From Blasia pusilla (Eukaryota): DNA of 64,000 nt. The position numbers were made by a program, and so were the translations under genes. The stretch covers positions 43,958,001 through 44,022,000 of the forward strand of contig CM114271.1 of NCBI GenBank assembly GCA_050084515.1, written 5' to 3'. Numbering within the stretch: the stretch's first letter is position 1; each line of letters begins with the position of its first letter. The notes beneath the pieces are model-generated. The model worked only from the letters and a program-made list of their open reading frames with translations, ran no database searches and was not told where the DNA came from. Below, piece after piece: positions 41,871-53,400 of this stretch.

Positions 41871-42770
41871 GTTAGGGTGTTAGATATCTTTGGAGGGATT
41901 AACACTATATTAGCTACGGTGTTGCAGGTGGGCATACAGGTGCATCAGTACCTTTATGTGGAGAGAGATGAGACGGCGTGGCGAGTAACATTATGTCACG
42001 TGGCAAGATTGGTCCAGAGGCATCATGAGTTGTTGTCGGTAGCTGCAATGGGATATCATCATACACTACCCGCCGACATCTCTTTGGTGGGGGTATAGGA
42101 TCTGGATAGAGTTGGCACCATTCATTTGGTGATTGCTGGATGGCCATGTCACGCTCATTCATTAGCTGGCCAAGGGTTTGGATTGCAGGATCCGAGGTCA
42201 GGGATGTTTTGGGAGATGCTGCGAGTAAAGAACGTGTCGTTGTTGGGAGACACTCGTGCACATGTGATGATGAGTATGCATCAGGTGAGGTCCTGGTTAG
42301 GACTTACTGTGTTTTTAGATGCATCCAGAGTTGGATCACGCACCCACCGTCCACGGTTGTGGTGGACAAACAAGATACCATCAGAGGTAATGAGTAGAGC
42401 ATACGATGGAGTTCAGAGAGCACCACATCTCACAGTGGATGCTATTTTGGGCTCAGGGCATTGATCTCATGTGATGACGCGGTATGATAGACCACCGTTG
42501 GTGATAGCCAATAGGGTGGGGGAGTTGAGGGCAGCCTTACCTATGTTGGTGAGCTTCCCAACATCCCACACCTTTTGTTAGGGAGGGCCAAGCATGATTT
42601 GGGATGAGGTGACCCAAGCATTGGAGGAGTCTATGCCAGATGAGCGCAAGCGCGCCATGGGGTTTGCTACGGGTACTATGGCGGTGCCTGATATGACTGA
42701 GGCATCATGGAGATAGGTGTTGGGCAGGGGATGGACCTCAACTATCTCACATGGATAGTCATCCTAGGTA
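41871..42770 (+). pseudogene. C5-cytosine DNA methyltransferase (DNMT3-like) domain inside the gypsy pol
   Basis: Motif I VLDIFGGI (41877-41900), II YVERD, IV VIAGWPC (Cys codon 42147-42149), V DPRSGMF, VI (K)NV, VIII HRPRLWWTN, IX ERKRAMGF, X R*VLG. All in the frame of the 41541, 41820 and 42126 ORFs. Four in-frame stops, a frameshift in motif X, and an apparent deletion before motif VI. Confidence 0.88.
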
Positions 42771-45700
42771 TGGTTCAGCAGAGAGAGATGCGAGTGTCAT
42801 CCATGCCATCACGTCCATGAGTTGGAGTATAGATATAGGGTCTCTACAGGCATTGGCTAAGGGCAGGACGAGGAGAGATAGGCACCCATGGACTTCTTGG
42901 GACGTTGTGTGAGCGGAGAGTGCGAAGGCGGTTTGAGCAGCACATGTTCATTTTTCGGATGTGAAGCATGGTGTAGGAGGTAAGAGTGGAGTGGATAATG
43001 CAGAGGTGGCTAGGGTTGCTACATAGCACCCAAAGTTGGAGGTTTTGTCCTCTCCGAGTGAGGTTACGATGGAGACTTGGGATCGTGTGATAGATCTCAA
43101 GTTGATAGGAGGAGAGCAACGGCGGATTCATAGATTTTTGAGAGGGCATGTAAGTTGTCTTGCCTTCAGTATGAGAGACTTGGGTACGTTGAAGGGTCAC
43201 GGGATACAGATTGAGTTGGCTAGTGATACGCCGATCTTTCGTGGATCCTACAAGTATTCCAATATCGAGCGAGCCTTGATTCAGAGCAAGAGTCAGGACT
43301 TGTTGGAGGCAGGACTTGTGGAGTTATCGCATGGGGAATATGCATCTCCCAAAATCATGCCGGCGAAGAAGGATATGTATGGAAAATGGACGGATAGGTG
43401 GATGTGCGGGATTACCAACCTATCAACCGATATATGAGGTCCGATCGATATGCCATGCTTACTCTTGAGGAGATCTTTGTTGTAGTAGGGCATGCAAAGA
43501 TCTTTAGCACTTTAGATCTCCGTGCTGGCTATCATGAGCTTCCTATCAAGTTGGAGGACAGGGAGAAGACAACATTCGGGGGGATAGATCAGTTCGGGAG
43601 AGATTGCTTGTATCAATTGGGGTTCTTACCATTTTGGTTGAAGAATGCGCATGCGGAGTTTCAGAGAGTGACGGATAGGATTTTGGTTGGCTTGGATTTT
43701 GTACGGTGTTACATAGATGATATTCTTATCTTCAATTCCACGGTTGAGGAGCATGAGCGACACCTCCAGTAGGTGTTGCTCATGCTCCTCAACCGTGCGA
43801 CACCTACTGGAGGTGTTTCGACGATTGTAGTTATATGGACTAAAGTTATATCCATGCAAGTGCATATTCTTTCAGGAGCAGATTGAGTACTTGGGACACA
43901 TGCACCATATACCCGAGTGGGTAAGATGTCTAGTAGACGAAGGTGGAGGCTATTGCGCAGATTCCATGCCCTACAAATGTGAGTCAAGTCCAAGCATTTT
44001 TGGGACTGGTGAACTTGTATCGACGGTATGTCAAGGGTTTTAGTGCGATCGCGAAGTCTTTGACGTTGCTGACGAGACTTGATCAGGTTTGGTTGTGGGG
44101 AGATGATTAGGAGCGAGCATTTCAAAAGCTCAAGGACATGTTGACGTCCTCATCCATTTTACAGAGACCAATTAGGGGTTGCCCATTCCAATTACATGCG
44201 GATTGGAGCATGTTGGGTCTAGGAGCAGTGCTTACTCAGAGGGATGACGAGGAGAGGGAGTTCATTGTGGCTAACGCGAGCCAATCGAACAACATTGTAG
44301 AGGCAAAGTACAACTCCTACAAGGGAGAGTGCTTGGATGCAGTGTGGGCCGTGGCACACTTCAGGTGCTATGTATTCGACAACCCTTTCACACTTATCAC
44401 CAATGCTAAGGTTGTTGATGGAGTCCGACAAGGTTACAGGAAAGCTTGCCATGCGGGCTCTATTACCATAGGAGTATGAGTTCGAGGTGGTTCACAAGCC
44501 AGGTCGGCTGAACCAAGATGCGGATGGGTTGATTTGTAAACCATGACTGCATCACAGAGACGACACAGGAGCTCGATGGCATGGAGAGAGTAATGAGGAG
44601 ATGGTGCCATGTTGGCATGCATCTGCCTATCTTTGTTGGTTGACTATGGCAGGTCAACCCCAAGTGGTGACTCCAGTGGTGGGGTCGGATGATGAGTCTT
44701 TAGAACTGGAGGTCAGTGAGGAGGCAACAAGTGGTCGTGATATCCATGACAACGTGGAGGTTGTGGAGTTCATACGTACTAGCATCATAGCGAGCACAGT
44801 GAGTGCTAGGGAGCGAGATCGGATCCTACAAAGAGCCACCAGGTTCAGGTGGGAGGAGACTCACATTTTGCGAGTATGGGGAGATGGTAGGATAGGAGTG
44901 GTGCCTCATCCTTCCCACCAAGCACATGTAGTGCGACATGCCCATGAGGAGTTGGGCATTTTGGAGTAAACCGTACTTACAACTTACTCCAGGTTCAGGA
45001 TTGGTGGTGCGGTATGCACACTGGGGTACAACAGCTTGTGGCCACATGTATGGTATGTAACCCAATGCGAGCATCCTTCAATGCTCCCACTACGCAGTTA
45101 CATCCTTTGCCAATTATGGGTTTAGGTTATTGGTGGAGTTTAGACTTCGCGGGACCTTTGCCATTGACGGGGCGTCATCATAGGTACGTATTGGTCATGG
45201 TGGAGCATTTCTCCAAGTGGATAGAGTTGGTGGCACTACCGGACAAGGCGAGCGAGGGAACAACTTATGCATTTCTAGATCGTGTGCTTAGTCATTATGG
45301 TGCACTAGCGGAGGTGTTGACTGACCAGGGTACCGAGTTCAGGGGAGAGTTTCAGAACTTGTGTGATCAGGCGCTGATAGATCACCGCACCACGTTAAGA
45401 GATCATCCTGAGGCGGATGGGCTGGCGGAGAGAGTAATACAGACACTGAAGAGAGGATTGTGCAAGTATGGCTTGAAGCGGAGACAATTGAGGGAGTGAG
45501 ACCTATAATTGCTCTGGTTGGCTATGGATTATCGCTTTAGTCGGCAAGTATCCTTGGTGTCATTTTCATCGTACTTTTTGCTCTTTGGGAGAGAGCCAGA
45601 TTAACCTGCAGCTATTCGACGTGACATGGCGAAGGTGTTGGATCTTGATGATCCAGATGTGTGGGTACAAGCATGTTCTCAGAGGGTAGAGATTTTTTGT

Positions 45701-46039
45701 AGAGTTATGCCCATGGCCTTTGAGAACTTAGCTATTGCTTAGCATAGGGATATATTGAGATACGCGACCATTCATGGAGGAGGTTATCATCCAGGGATTA
45801 GGAGGTTTCATCCTGGAGATTATGTGTATTTACACTAGGCGGCACCCGCGACGCTAGATGTCATTGCAGGGCGCACGATCCTACGTGTGCACCAGGTGTT
45901 ACCGACCGGAGTCGTCATGTTGGAGGGACGGGATGGTATGATTTGGAAGGATCATGTGCGTAACTATGTGCCATGTCATCTTTTGAATGTGGACAAGACA
46001 ATGGATCCGAGCTTGGCAGTGGTACCTGCAGGCTTGAGG

Positions 46040-46177
46040 TGTATGTTGTGTGGATCTGCGAGGGATGCATCCACCATGTTGATATGTGATGGTTGTTCTC
46101 GAGGATGGCATATGTCATGTCTGATCCCTCCTCTTGATGTAGTTTCTACGAGACGATGGATATGTCCGAGATGTGTA
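46040..46177 (+). other. PHD finger (C4HC3) at the integrase C-terminus
   Basis: CMLC...MLICDGCSRGWHMSCLIPPL...WICPRC, in the same reading frame as the integrase core ORF at 45014. Confidence 0.92.
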
Positions 46178-46257
46178 TAGGGTAGTAGCTCAGGTCAGGG
46201 AGATGTGTATTTTCTATCTGGAGTTAGGGGGACCAAATTGCCAGCTAGGGGGGCGGT

Positions 46258-47008
46258 TGTGTGATCTTGATGTATATGTATGAGTTGATTTCTGTACATA
46301 TGTGGATCTGCCCGTATGTGGGGAAAATTGGTGTTTTATGGTGTGGATGTGACCAACGATGTATGTTGTGTAGCAATGTGTTTGCGCACGATAATTGTCA
46401 TATTTGAGTAGCCGATAGGCCGAGATCTATCGTGGATAGGGCATAGGAGCCAGTGGACTGTCTTGAGTGTAACTTTGTCCCGAGGTGTTGGATGAGGTTG
46501 AAGATAGGTCTGTTGTGTCAAGAACGTCGTTTCTGACAACTTTCCTGTTAAGGTCTTTCACAATCGAGTGACTTGTTGAGTAGGTGATCCGCCCTTGGTA
46601 ACCTGTGCGTGCAGGTTACCAAGAGGATAGCTATTTTTAGGGGAAGAGCCTTTTGGCTCTTCCCAAACCTATATAAGGAAGGAAGATGGCTTTCCTAAGC
46701 CATCTTTCTAATGTTGGGTCGTTGGAGCACCTCTCTTGTTGTGTGTGAGATAGAACCAGGGTGCTAGCGTCTGGATTTCCTGAGAGCACAGGATGGACGA
46801 GGCTCAACATGCCGATGTAGATTAAGGAGTGGAGTTTAAGACCGGATGTGCCGTTTTTACTACTCTTATTTTTGTTGTGGGATCTCGATGTATATGTATG
46901 AGTTGATTTCTGTACATGTGTGGATCTACCCGTGTGTGGGGAAGATCGGTGTTATGTGGTATGGATGTGACCAGCGATGTATGTTGTGTAGCGATGTGTA
47001 TGCACACA
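46258..47008 (+). repeat. 3' terminal repeats: B1 (46258-46395), A2 (46396-46857), B2 (46876-47008)
   Basis: TGTG.GATCT.GATGTATATGTATGAGTTGATTTCTGTACA... occurs at 46258 and 46876; A2 matches 38272-38734. Confidence 0.9.
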
Positions 47009-47009
47009 A

Positions 47010-47700
47010 AATTTGCAACAAGATAAAGTTGGTAATATCCATGTATTTGGATGATCTAGGTAAGCATATTGATCTTCCTTGTTCCTAGTGAGTGAGGGAT
47101 GAAGTAGATGGCAATACAAGGAATGTTCCAAGACTTATGCCTTGAAAATGTAACAAACCATGCGGGTGTTAGAGCATTTCATACGGAGGAGACAAAAGAC
47201 AACGGATGGGAATATATCAAGGTTTTGCATAAATCAAAGATTTGGTAAAAGAAATTCAAAAACTTCTCAAATATTCAATCCCAAATATTTTTGGGAAATT
47301 GAAAACCCGAATGTTAAATAAGTTTTCGGAAAATTTCTTGAAAATTCCATCTTAAATATTTTGCTAAACCTTGTTAGGAATGTGGATACGCATCATGCAA
47401 AATTATGTGTGAAAGTCCCTCTTTATGTGCAACGAGATCTCTAATTCTCTTGAAGATGAAAATCATGGAAAATCGATAGAGGACGGAAGTGACGATTATT
47501 CTCACAATCGAGCGAAGTGGAGATGATGCTATTCCATCCAAATTTGCAAGACATAAGAAATAGCTTTTTGTGTCTAACTTAGAGGAATTTATAAATGTGA
47601 CACTGAATGGAGATCGCGACAAATGTAAAGGAATATCTTGGTTGATGTAATTGAGTCGCAACACCATAAGGAAACAAGTTGATCCTAGGTGTATAATAAG
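47010..47700 (-). mobile_element. Very old CRE-like RLE-region relic, possibly continuing at about 38100-38271
   Basis: Patchy similarity by eye to about 3090-3950 (CCCATCC, GTATTGCCATCTACT = VLPST, GTTGCAAAT versus GTTGCTGAT). Confidence 0.3.
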
Positions 47701-48279
47701 AAAAAAGATGGGATAATTAGAAAAAATTGCAATTTTTTCCAAGGTTTTCCCTTAATTAATATTTGATGGGAAGGGAAAAGTGAATTTTAATTGAGAAGTG
47801 GAATTACTTAGAAGAGTGGAATGTTACTTTTCCAAGGTTTCAAAAACTAAAGATTCTATTGAAATTTTGAAATGAAAAATATGGTTATTTTTTACAATAA
47901 TCATGTTAATTCATATTTGATATTTTGGGACAAGAAAATAAATTTGAATGGAAATAAAAAATTATTTTATTAATTAGAATTAACTAATAATCATACTATT
48001 AAGGGCGTTAGCCCTAGGTGAGATGCTCCTAATGAAGGCCTTGTGTGAAGCCTTTCAGTTATTGTTTAATTTTGCCTATACTAAGAACACCAATTTTGAC
48101 AAATTTGGTCTTTTAGAAAGCTTCATTTTGTTCTAATATGATTATTCATTAATATGTAAGGGTGGATGACTTACGACTTAAAGTATATGACTTGGAATAA
48201 TAAATACATTCTTCCCTTAGTCATTTGACATTCTACATAGGGGAATTACCCTTAAGAGTGATCTATATATATTTTTGGA

Positions 48280-49200
48280 TATATGGCCTATGAATTAATA
48301 GGATCTTAGATTAGTGTAATGATCCATGACTTAGGATTTAGGGTTTTGAGTGTTTAGGCTTAGGTTTTAGAATTCTACATTCATGAATTATAAACATTTG
48401 GATATATTTTTTAGGATTTATGGCCAATAAATGAATAAGATTAATGAGTGTAAGGGTGACAATATGATTTAGGGTTTAGGATTTCCAACGTATTGCTTGG
48501 GTTTTATGGATTATGGTAGTTGTTTTGGATTTAAGAACATTAGGGTATATCGCTTAATAGTCTTTAAGGCCAATAAAGTGTAATATGATTGTTATTAGGG
48601 CTTAGGCTTGAGGGCTTACGACGTATGACTTGGGTTTTAGGGCTTAGGGTTTAGGGGAGTGATGTTTTTAATAACCTATGGAAGTTATATTGCTTAATAG
48701 TACAAAATTTTATGGCCAATGAATTTATAGGATTATCAAGTGTAAGGGTGTATGACTTAAGGTTTAGGGTTTATCGCGTATAACTTGGATTTTAGGGCTT
48801 AGGGTCTAGGGTAGTTTTTTTGGTTTAATAACATTGGGAAATATTTCTAAATAATAGTATATATGGCGAATGAATTAATAGGATTATAACGTGTAAGGGT
48901 ACATGACCTAGGGTTTAGGGCTTACGACCTATGGCTTGGGTTTGAGCATTTAGGATTTAGGGTAGTTTTTTTTAGGCTTCATAACATATGGGCTTATTGT
49001 TTAGTATTTATAGTGGCCAATGAATTAATAAGATTCTATAGTGTAAGGGTTTATGCCTTAGGGTATACGGGTGAGGGTTTAGGATGGAGGCCGTGTGTTC
49101 ATAGTTTAATATGATTTGCGTGTATTGCTTGGTGTTTATGGCCAATCAATGGATAAGATATAGCCTAAGGGTGTATGGTTTTGGTTTTAGGATGTAAGGT
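48280..49200. repeat. Degenerate ~140-150-bp tandem repeat containing telomere-like TTTAGGG/TTAGGG motifs
   Basis: Units begin with TATGGCCAATGAATTAATAGGAT-like text near 48282, 48419, 48565, 48711, 48862, 49013 and 49137; most carry TTAGGG(T/C)TTAGGG-like motifs. Confidence 0.85.
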
Positions 49201-50466
49201 GACCAGGTGTATGACCTAAAGATGTATGAAAGATGTAGGATGTGGGACCTACCAATATACAGGGTGTAGTAAACCCGATTTTCATCTAATTTTCAAATGG
49301 ATGAGCATATAATTATGAATGGATTTAACAATTTAGGTTGAAATCATCAATTGGACCCGGTACATTGTGGAGAAATTTTTAAGAGTTAGCTCGGATAATT
49401 AAGTGTCTAAGATTGTAAATTAATTCTTAGACTACTACTTCGTACAAGTTGGAGGTAGATGCCTACAAGATTGATTTGAGATTAGTATGGATTCAAACAA
49501 GGAAATTTCAACTTAATTATTTTTTTCCAACCAACATAACATCCACTAACCAAATATTACTAATTTAGTTAGTGAATGTTATTTTGATGAGAATAGTGGA
49601 AGGGGAAGAGTAAATATTATTCAAAATTTTATGAAAGAAGGAAATTATTTATATAAATTAAATGATTATTTTAACTGAAATCTTATAAATTTTTTAAAAA
49701 TAAAATTATACTTAAATTTAAAGTATAAATATATATTATTAAAAAAAGAATTTTCGTGCGCTAACTTCACGATTAAATACCGATTAAAAAGAAATCATTC
49801 AAATGAAACCCGGGAGTCACATGTGTGCACGTGACCGTCCTCTCGAAATGTGGGACGGGCTTTCGCAACGGTCATTTCGCCGTCGGGACAGAAACGGTGG
49901 CCTGTGGTTCGGGAAAGCCTGCAACGGTCAGGTGACCGTTCCTCCTCGAGGGTTTGAAACTTCCTCTTCGAAATTCCACTCAGGATGGGCACTAACGTAA
50001 TCCTTCCTAAACGCAGTCTAATGTAGGCTAGCAGTTCTCTTCTCTGTTCCTCGTTGCTGAAAGCGTCTGCGTTTTGTTTTCTATTCATCGTACTTTGCGA
50101 CATTCCGTTTTAGGTTCAGACAATCTCGCTCTTCTGTTCCGACCCCGACCCTGTTCAAAATTCACCCCTTCATTTCGTTTTCAATGCTTACTGAGACTAT
50201 TTTTTCTACCTGCTGTACACTTCGATCAGTGGTGCCACTCTTTCAATTTTGTTGTCTTCTACTTCGAGAGATTCCTGTGTGTTTGCATAGATTGGTGTAG
50301 ATACTTGGCACCCGTTTCCATTTACGCCTGGTTTGCGCGCCTGTTCCCATGCGCCTACTCACTCCTACTATGCGAAAGCACAGTCACTGAAGGAGAAGGA
50401 TTCCACGACGGGAAAGAGAAAGAGATCGTGAATTTCCGAGGATTTGTGGTACAGGAATTGTTGGCG

Positions 50467-53400
50467 ATGGCTGGAGGGAGGAAGAGTGTTGGTTCTGTGA
50501 ACTTTCACGAACTTCCGCGCAAGCGGTTGCAGTCGTTATGTAAGAAGCACGGATTCCCGGCAAATAAAACCAACCAGGCGATGGCTGATGCGCTTTCGGC
50601 TCTTCTGAATGTAAGTGAAACACGTCCCATTGCACTGCAATTTCGTTCGTTTCCCTGGCGTGCTCCGGACTGCGCATAGAACCCCTTCAGAGCTGCTGTT
50701 CGTGATTCTCGCACTACGCTCAGTGGAGACGTCGAAGCATTGCCCTGCGACTGGTATCACAAACAAAACCTCTACGTTTTGGCGGGGATGAATCACACTT
50801 TTGCCGTGAGACTATCGCGCTGTGCATATTGCCAACATCAAATCTCTTCCCCTGCAAGCACTGTCAGGCATTCGAGTCTAAAATCAGTTTGCTGTCGTAG
50901 ACGCAGGAGCAAGTGAGCCACAGTATCGCCCTAGACAGTCCAACTATGACTAGCCAAAGTAGTCGTTTCTCTCCTAAGGATATGGAGGCGAGTCCTATGG
51001 TATGTGCCAAAAGTCTCCTCTTCTCCAGCAACAGATGTATCTGGGAATATCAGAGAGCGCTCGTAGTAGTCTCGCCAAAACGAAATAACATAAGCATCAT
51101 CAACTTTAAATGGTTGTTCTCTCTGGTCGTAAGCTTTTGTAGAATTTTGTATTGAGTTTGCTGCTTGTGCTTCGGTTGAAGACTGTGAAACGCACGTCAG
51201 GAGCTTATGACGAGGACTCGCTGCCGACTATTTCTGCGTCACAGCAGGAGAGTTTAGAAGTTCTGAGCACTACTCTCCCAGAGATTTTGCTCGAAGATTC
51301 AGTACGGATGGATGTTGCACACGGACACAAGGAATTGGAGGGCGTGGAATTTAGCGAGAGTACCGACCTGAAGGAGTCTGAGGAGAAAGGAGAGAACCTG
51401 CTAGATACGACAGGGTGGAAGGATATGGATGTTGGCGAGAGCAACCCAATTATGATCTCTCAAGAAGAGACAACATCAGCTATCATGGAGTCGAAGGACA
51501 TGGAGTGTAGCGAGATCTTGGAAAATGCGGTCTCTCCAAAGGAAACAGTGACTTCATCAGCAATGACAGAGTCGAAGGATATGGATTGTAAGGGGGTCAT
51601 CGAAACGCGGAACTCTCCACCAAAAAGAGGGCCTTCCTTAGGAATGACAGACCCGGTGGAGATGGATTGTAGCCATGTCCTTGGAATTATGCCAAATCCA
51701 GAGAAAAGAGAGATGCCCATCGCAATGACAGAGTCGAAGGAGATGGATTGTTGGGACCTCTCTACAGAGGGAGCAGACATTTCACTAGAAATCACAGAGT
51801 CAAACAAAATGCACTCTGATATCATCTCTGCTGAGGAAGAAGGGACTTCAGTAGAGATGACAGATTCTGAATCCACTGCTTTGACCACTGTGAATTGCGG
51901 CGATTTCACTTCAGAGCAAACAGGGACGCTCGTGGAGTTCACAGACTCCGACTCTATTGCGATCACTTCTCTGGAATGTGAAGAGTTCTTCCCAGAGAGA
52001 GCAGAAACCTCTGTAGACATGAACAAATCTGAAGGCACTATCACGAACATAATCCAGCAGGAAACGCCTCTCCCACTCTCTATCATGCCTCATTCTCCGC
52101 CAACGGAAATTTTTGTGTCAAGTGACGAGGGGGTCCGGCTGTTCGTAGACTTGAACAACCTAGGTTTTCCACGATTAGACATGCTGGTGCCAAACGAGGG
52201 TGCTGTCAATATAAGTATGTTGACACAGAGTTTGGCAAGCGATAGTTTGAGAAGAGAGTGTAAGCAAGGAATGAGTACAGACAGTATGGAAGAAGAGATC
52301 CTTGGGAGGAACAAGACTTCGACGAAATCAGAGCAGACTTGCCCCCAAGGGGTTGGCACGATGGGAGCCCAGGAGTCTAGACGGGGTGAGCAAAACGATA
52401 TCTTCACTATCGGCCCAAGAACCAATATTTCCACGCTGATGAGTTTTGCTGGATCTGTGAAGAGCGGACCATTTTCTTCTGAAGAAATCCCCCCTCTGAC
52501 GGTGTCCTTCGGGAGCCCGGTGACTTTAGCTTCTCCCTGTTTGACCAACGTATTGTATAGTCAGAAAGCAGAAGAGTGTTCCGATGGTCTTGTGTCGATT
52601 ACGGATCAGATCCACGTGAAACCGCTCGAGTACCGCTCTCAGGAGAGTGAGAAGGGATCTATGGAAGGGGCTGCTGCAGCCGAACCTCTCTCCGAGAAAC
52701 AATCTGTGCAGGTGGGTTTCAGATGACTGCTTGCATGTGGCAGCCCTATGATGCTTCGATTGCAGTTGATTGACATTCTTGATTTACCCGGGGTCTTGTC
52801 TTCTCACTGTAAAACTTGTCTCTACTTGCAGAGTTCCACCAATTTCCAATCTGAAGAACAGACGAGAAGGTTAGTTCTTTTCCTGCCGCTAAAATTACCT
52901 TGAAGAGATCTTGAATTCTGGCAGCAGGTGTTGAGGTTTACTCATATTCCAAACTGTATGTTTCAGTTGCAGATCCGAAGTCTGTTCTCCGGTCGAAGGC
53001 CGTGTGAAAGTGATTGTGAATATGCTGCAGAGGAATGAAGGGGAGAGAATGTCAAGCATAACTCCCTCTGCCACTCGTAAGGACAACTACAAACAATCCC
53101 CGCTTGTAAGGTCATCCCGTATTGCAGCAGATATAGAACGGGCGTCTAGGATGGGTCAAATCAAAAGGACAACGATCTTGGCTGGTAGAAGGTTAATACA
53201 GCAACCAATTAATTCGTTACTCTCACTTGAAGACGATCTGACGGGCGGCACGGTTGATAGGATTACATCGGCTTCAGAAACCAGAGAGGTCCATGTCGAA
53301 GAGAATCCAGAGTTCGAAGCTCTCGCGGGAGTAGCGTTGCAGGAGTGTGGAAGTCCACCTACAGATCACCAGAAGGTCGTAGTAAGTAATATCACAAAGT

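Larger units (their letters stand above)
38272..47008 (+). mobile_element. Ty3/gypsy LTR retrotransposon (gag-PR-DNMT-RT-RH-INT-PHD), degenerate
   Basis: Gag from about 39171 with a CDYCHRYGH knuckle (about 40171). Protease LLDS(R) at 41151-41165. RT motifs FSTLDLRAGY, PFWLKNA, YIDD (about 43710). RNase H LHADWS...E. Integrase HH...CC, SLDFAG, LTDQG, GLAER. PPT AGGGGGGCGGT at 46247-46257. Terminal direct repeats. Confidence 0.92.

Noticed and set aside
41820-42770. Host DNMT3/DRM gene or a bacterial restriction-modification contaminant
   Set aside because: Intronless, stop-ridden and collinear within gypsy pol between protease and RT; the surrounding DNA has spliced plant genes
38272-47008. 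DIRS/Ngaro (tyrosine recombinase) element suggested by the repeat layout
   Set aside because: It encodes an aspartic protease, a DDE integrase and a PPT; no tyrosine-recombinase motifs were seen
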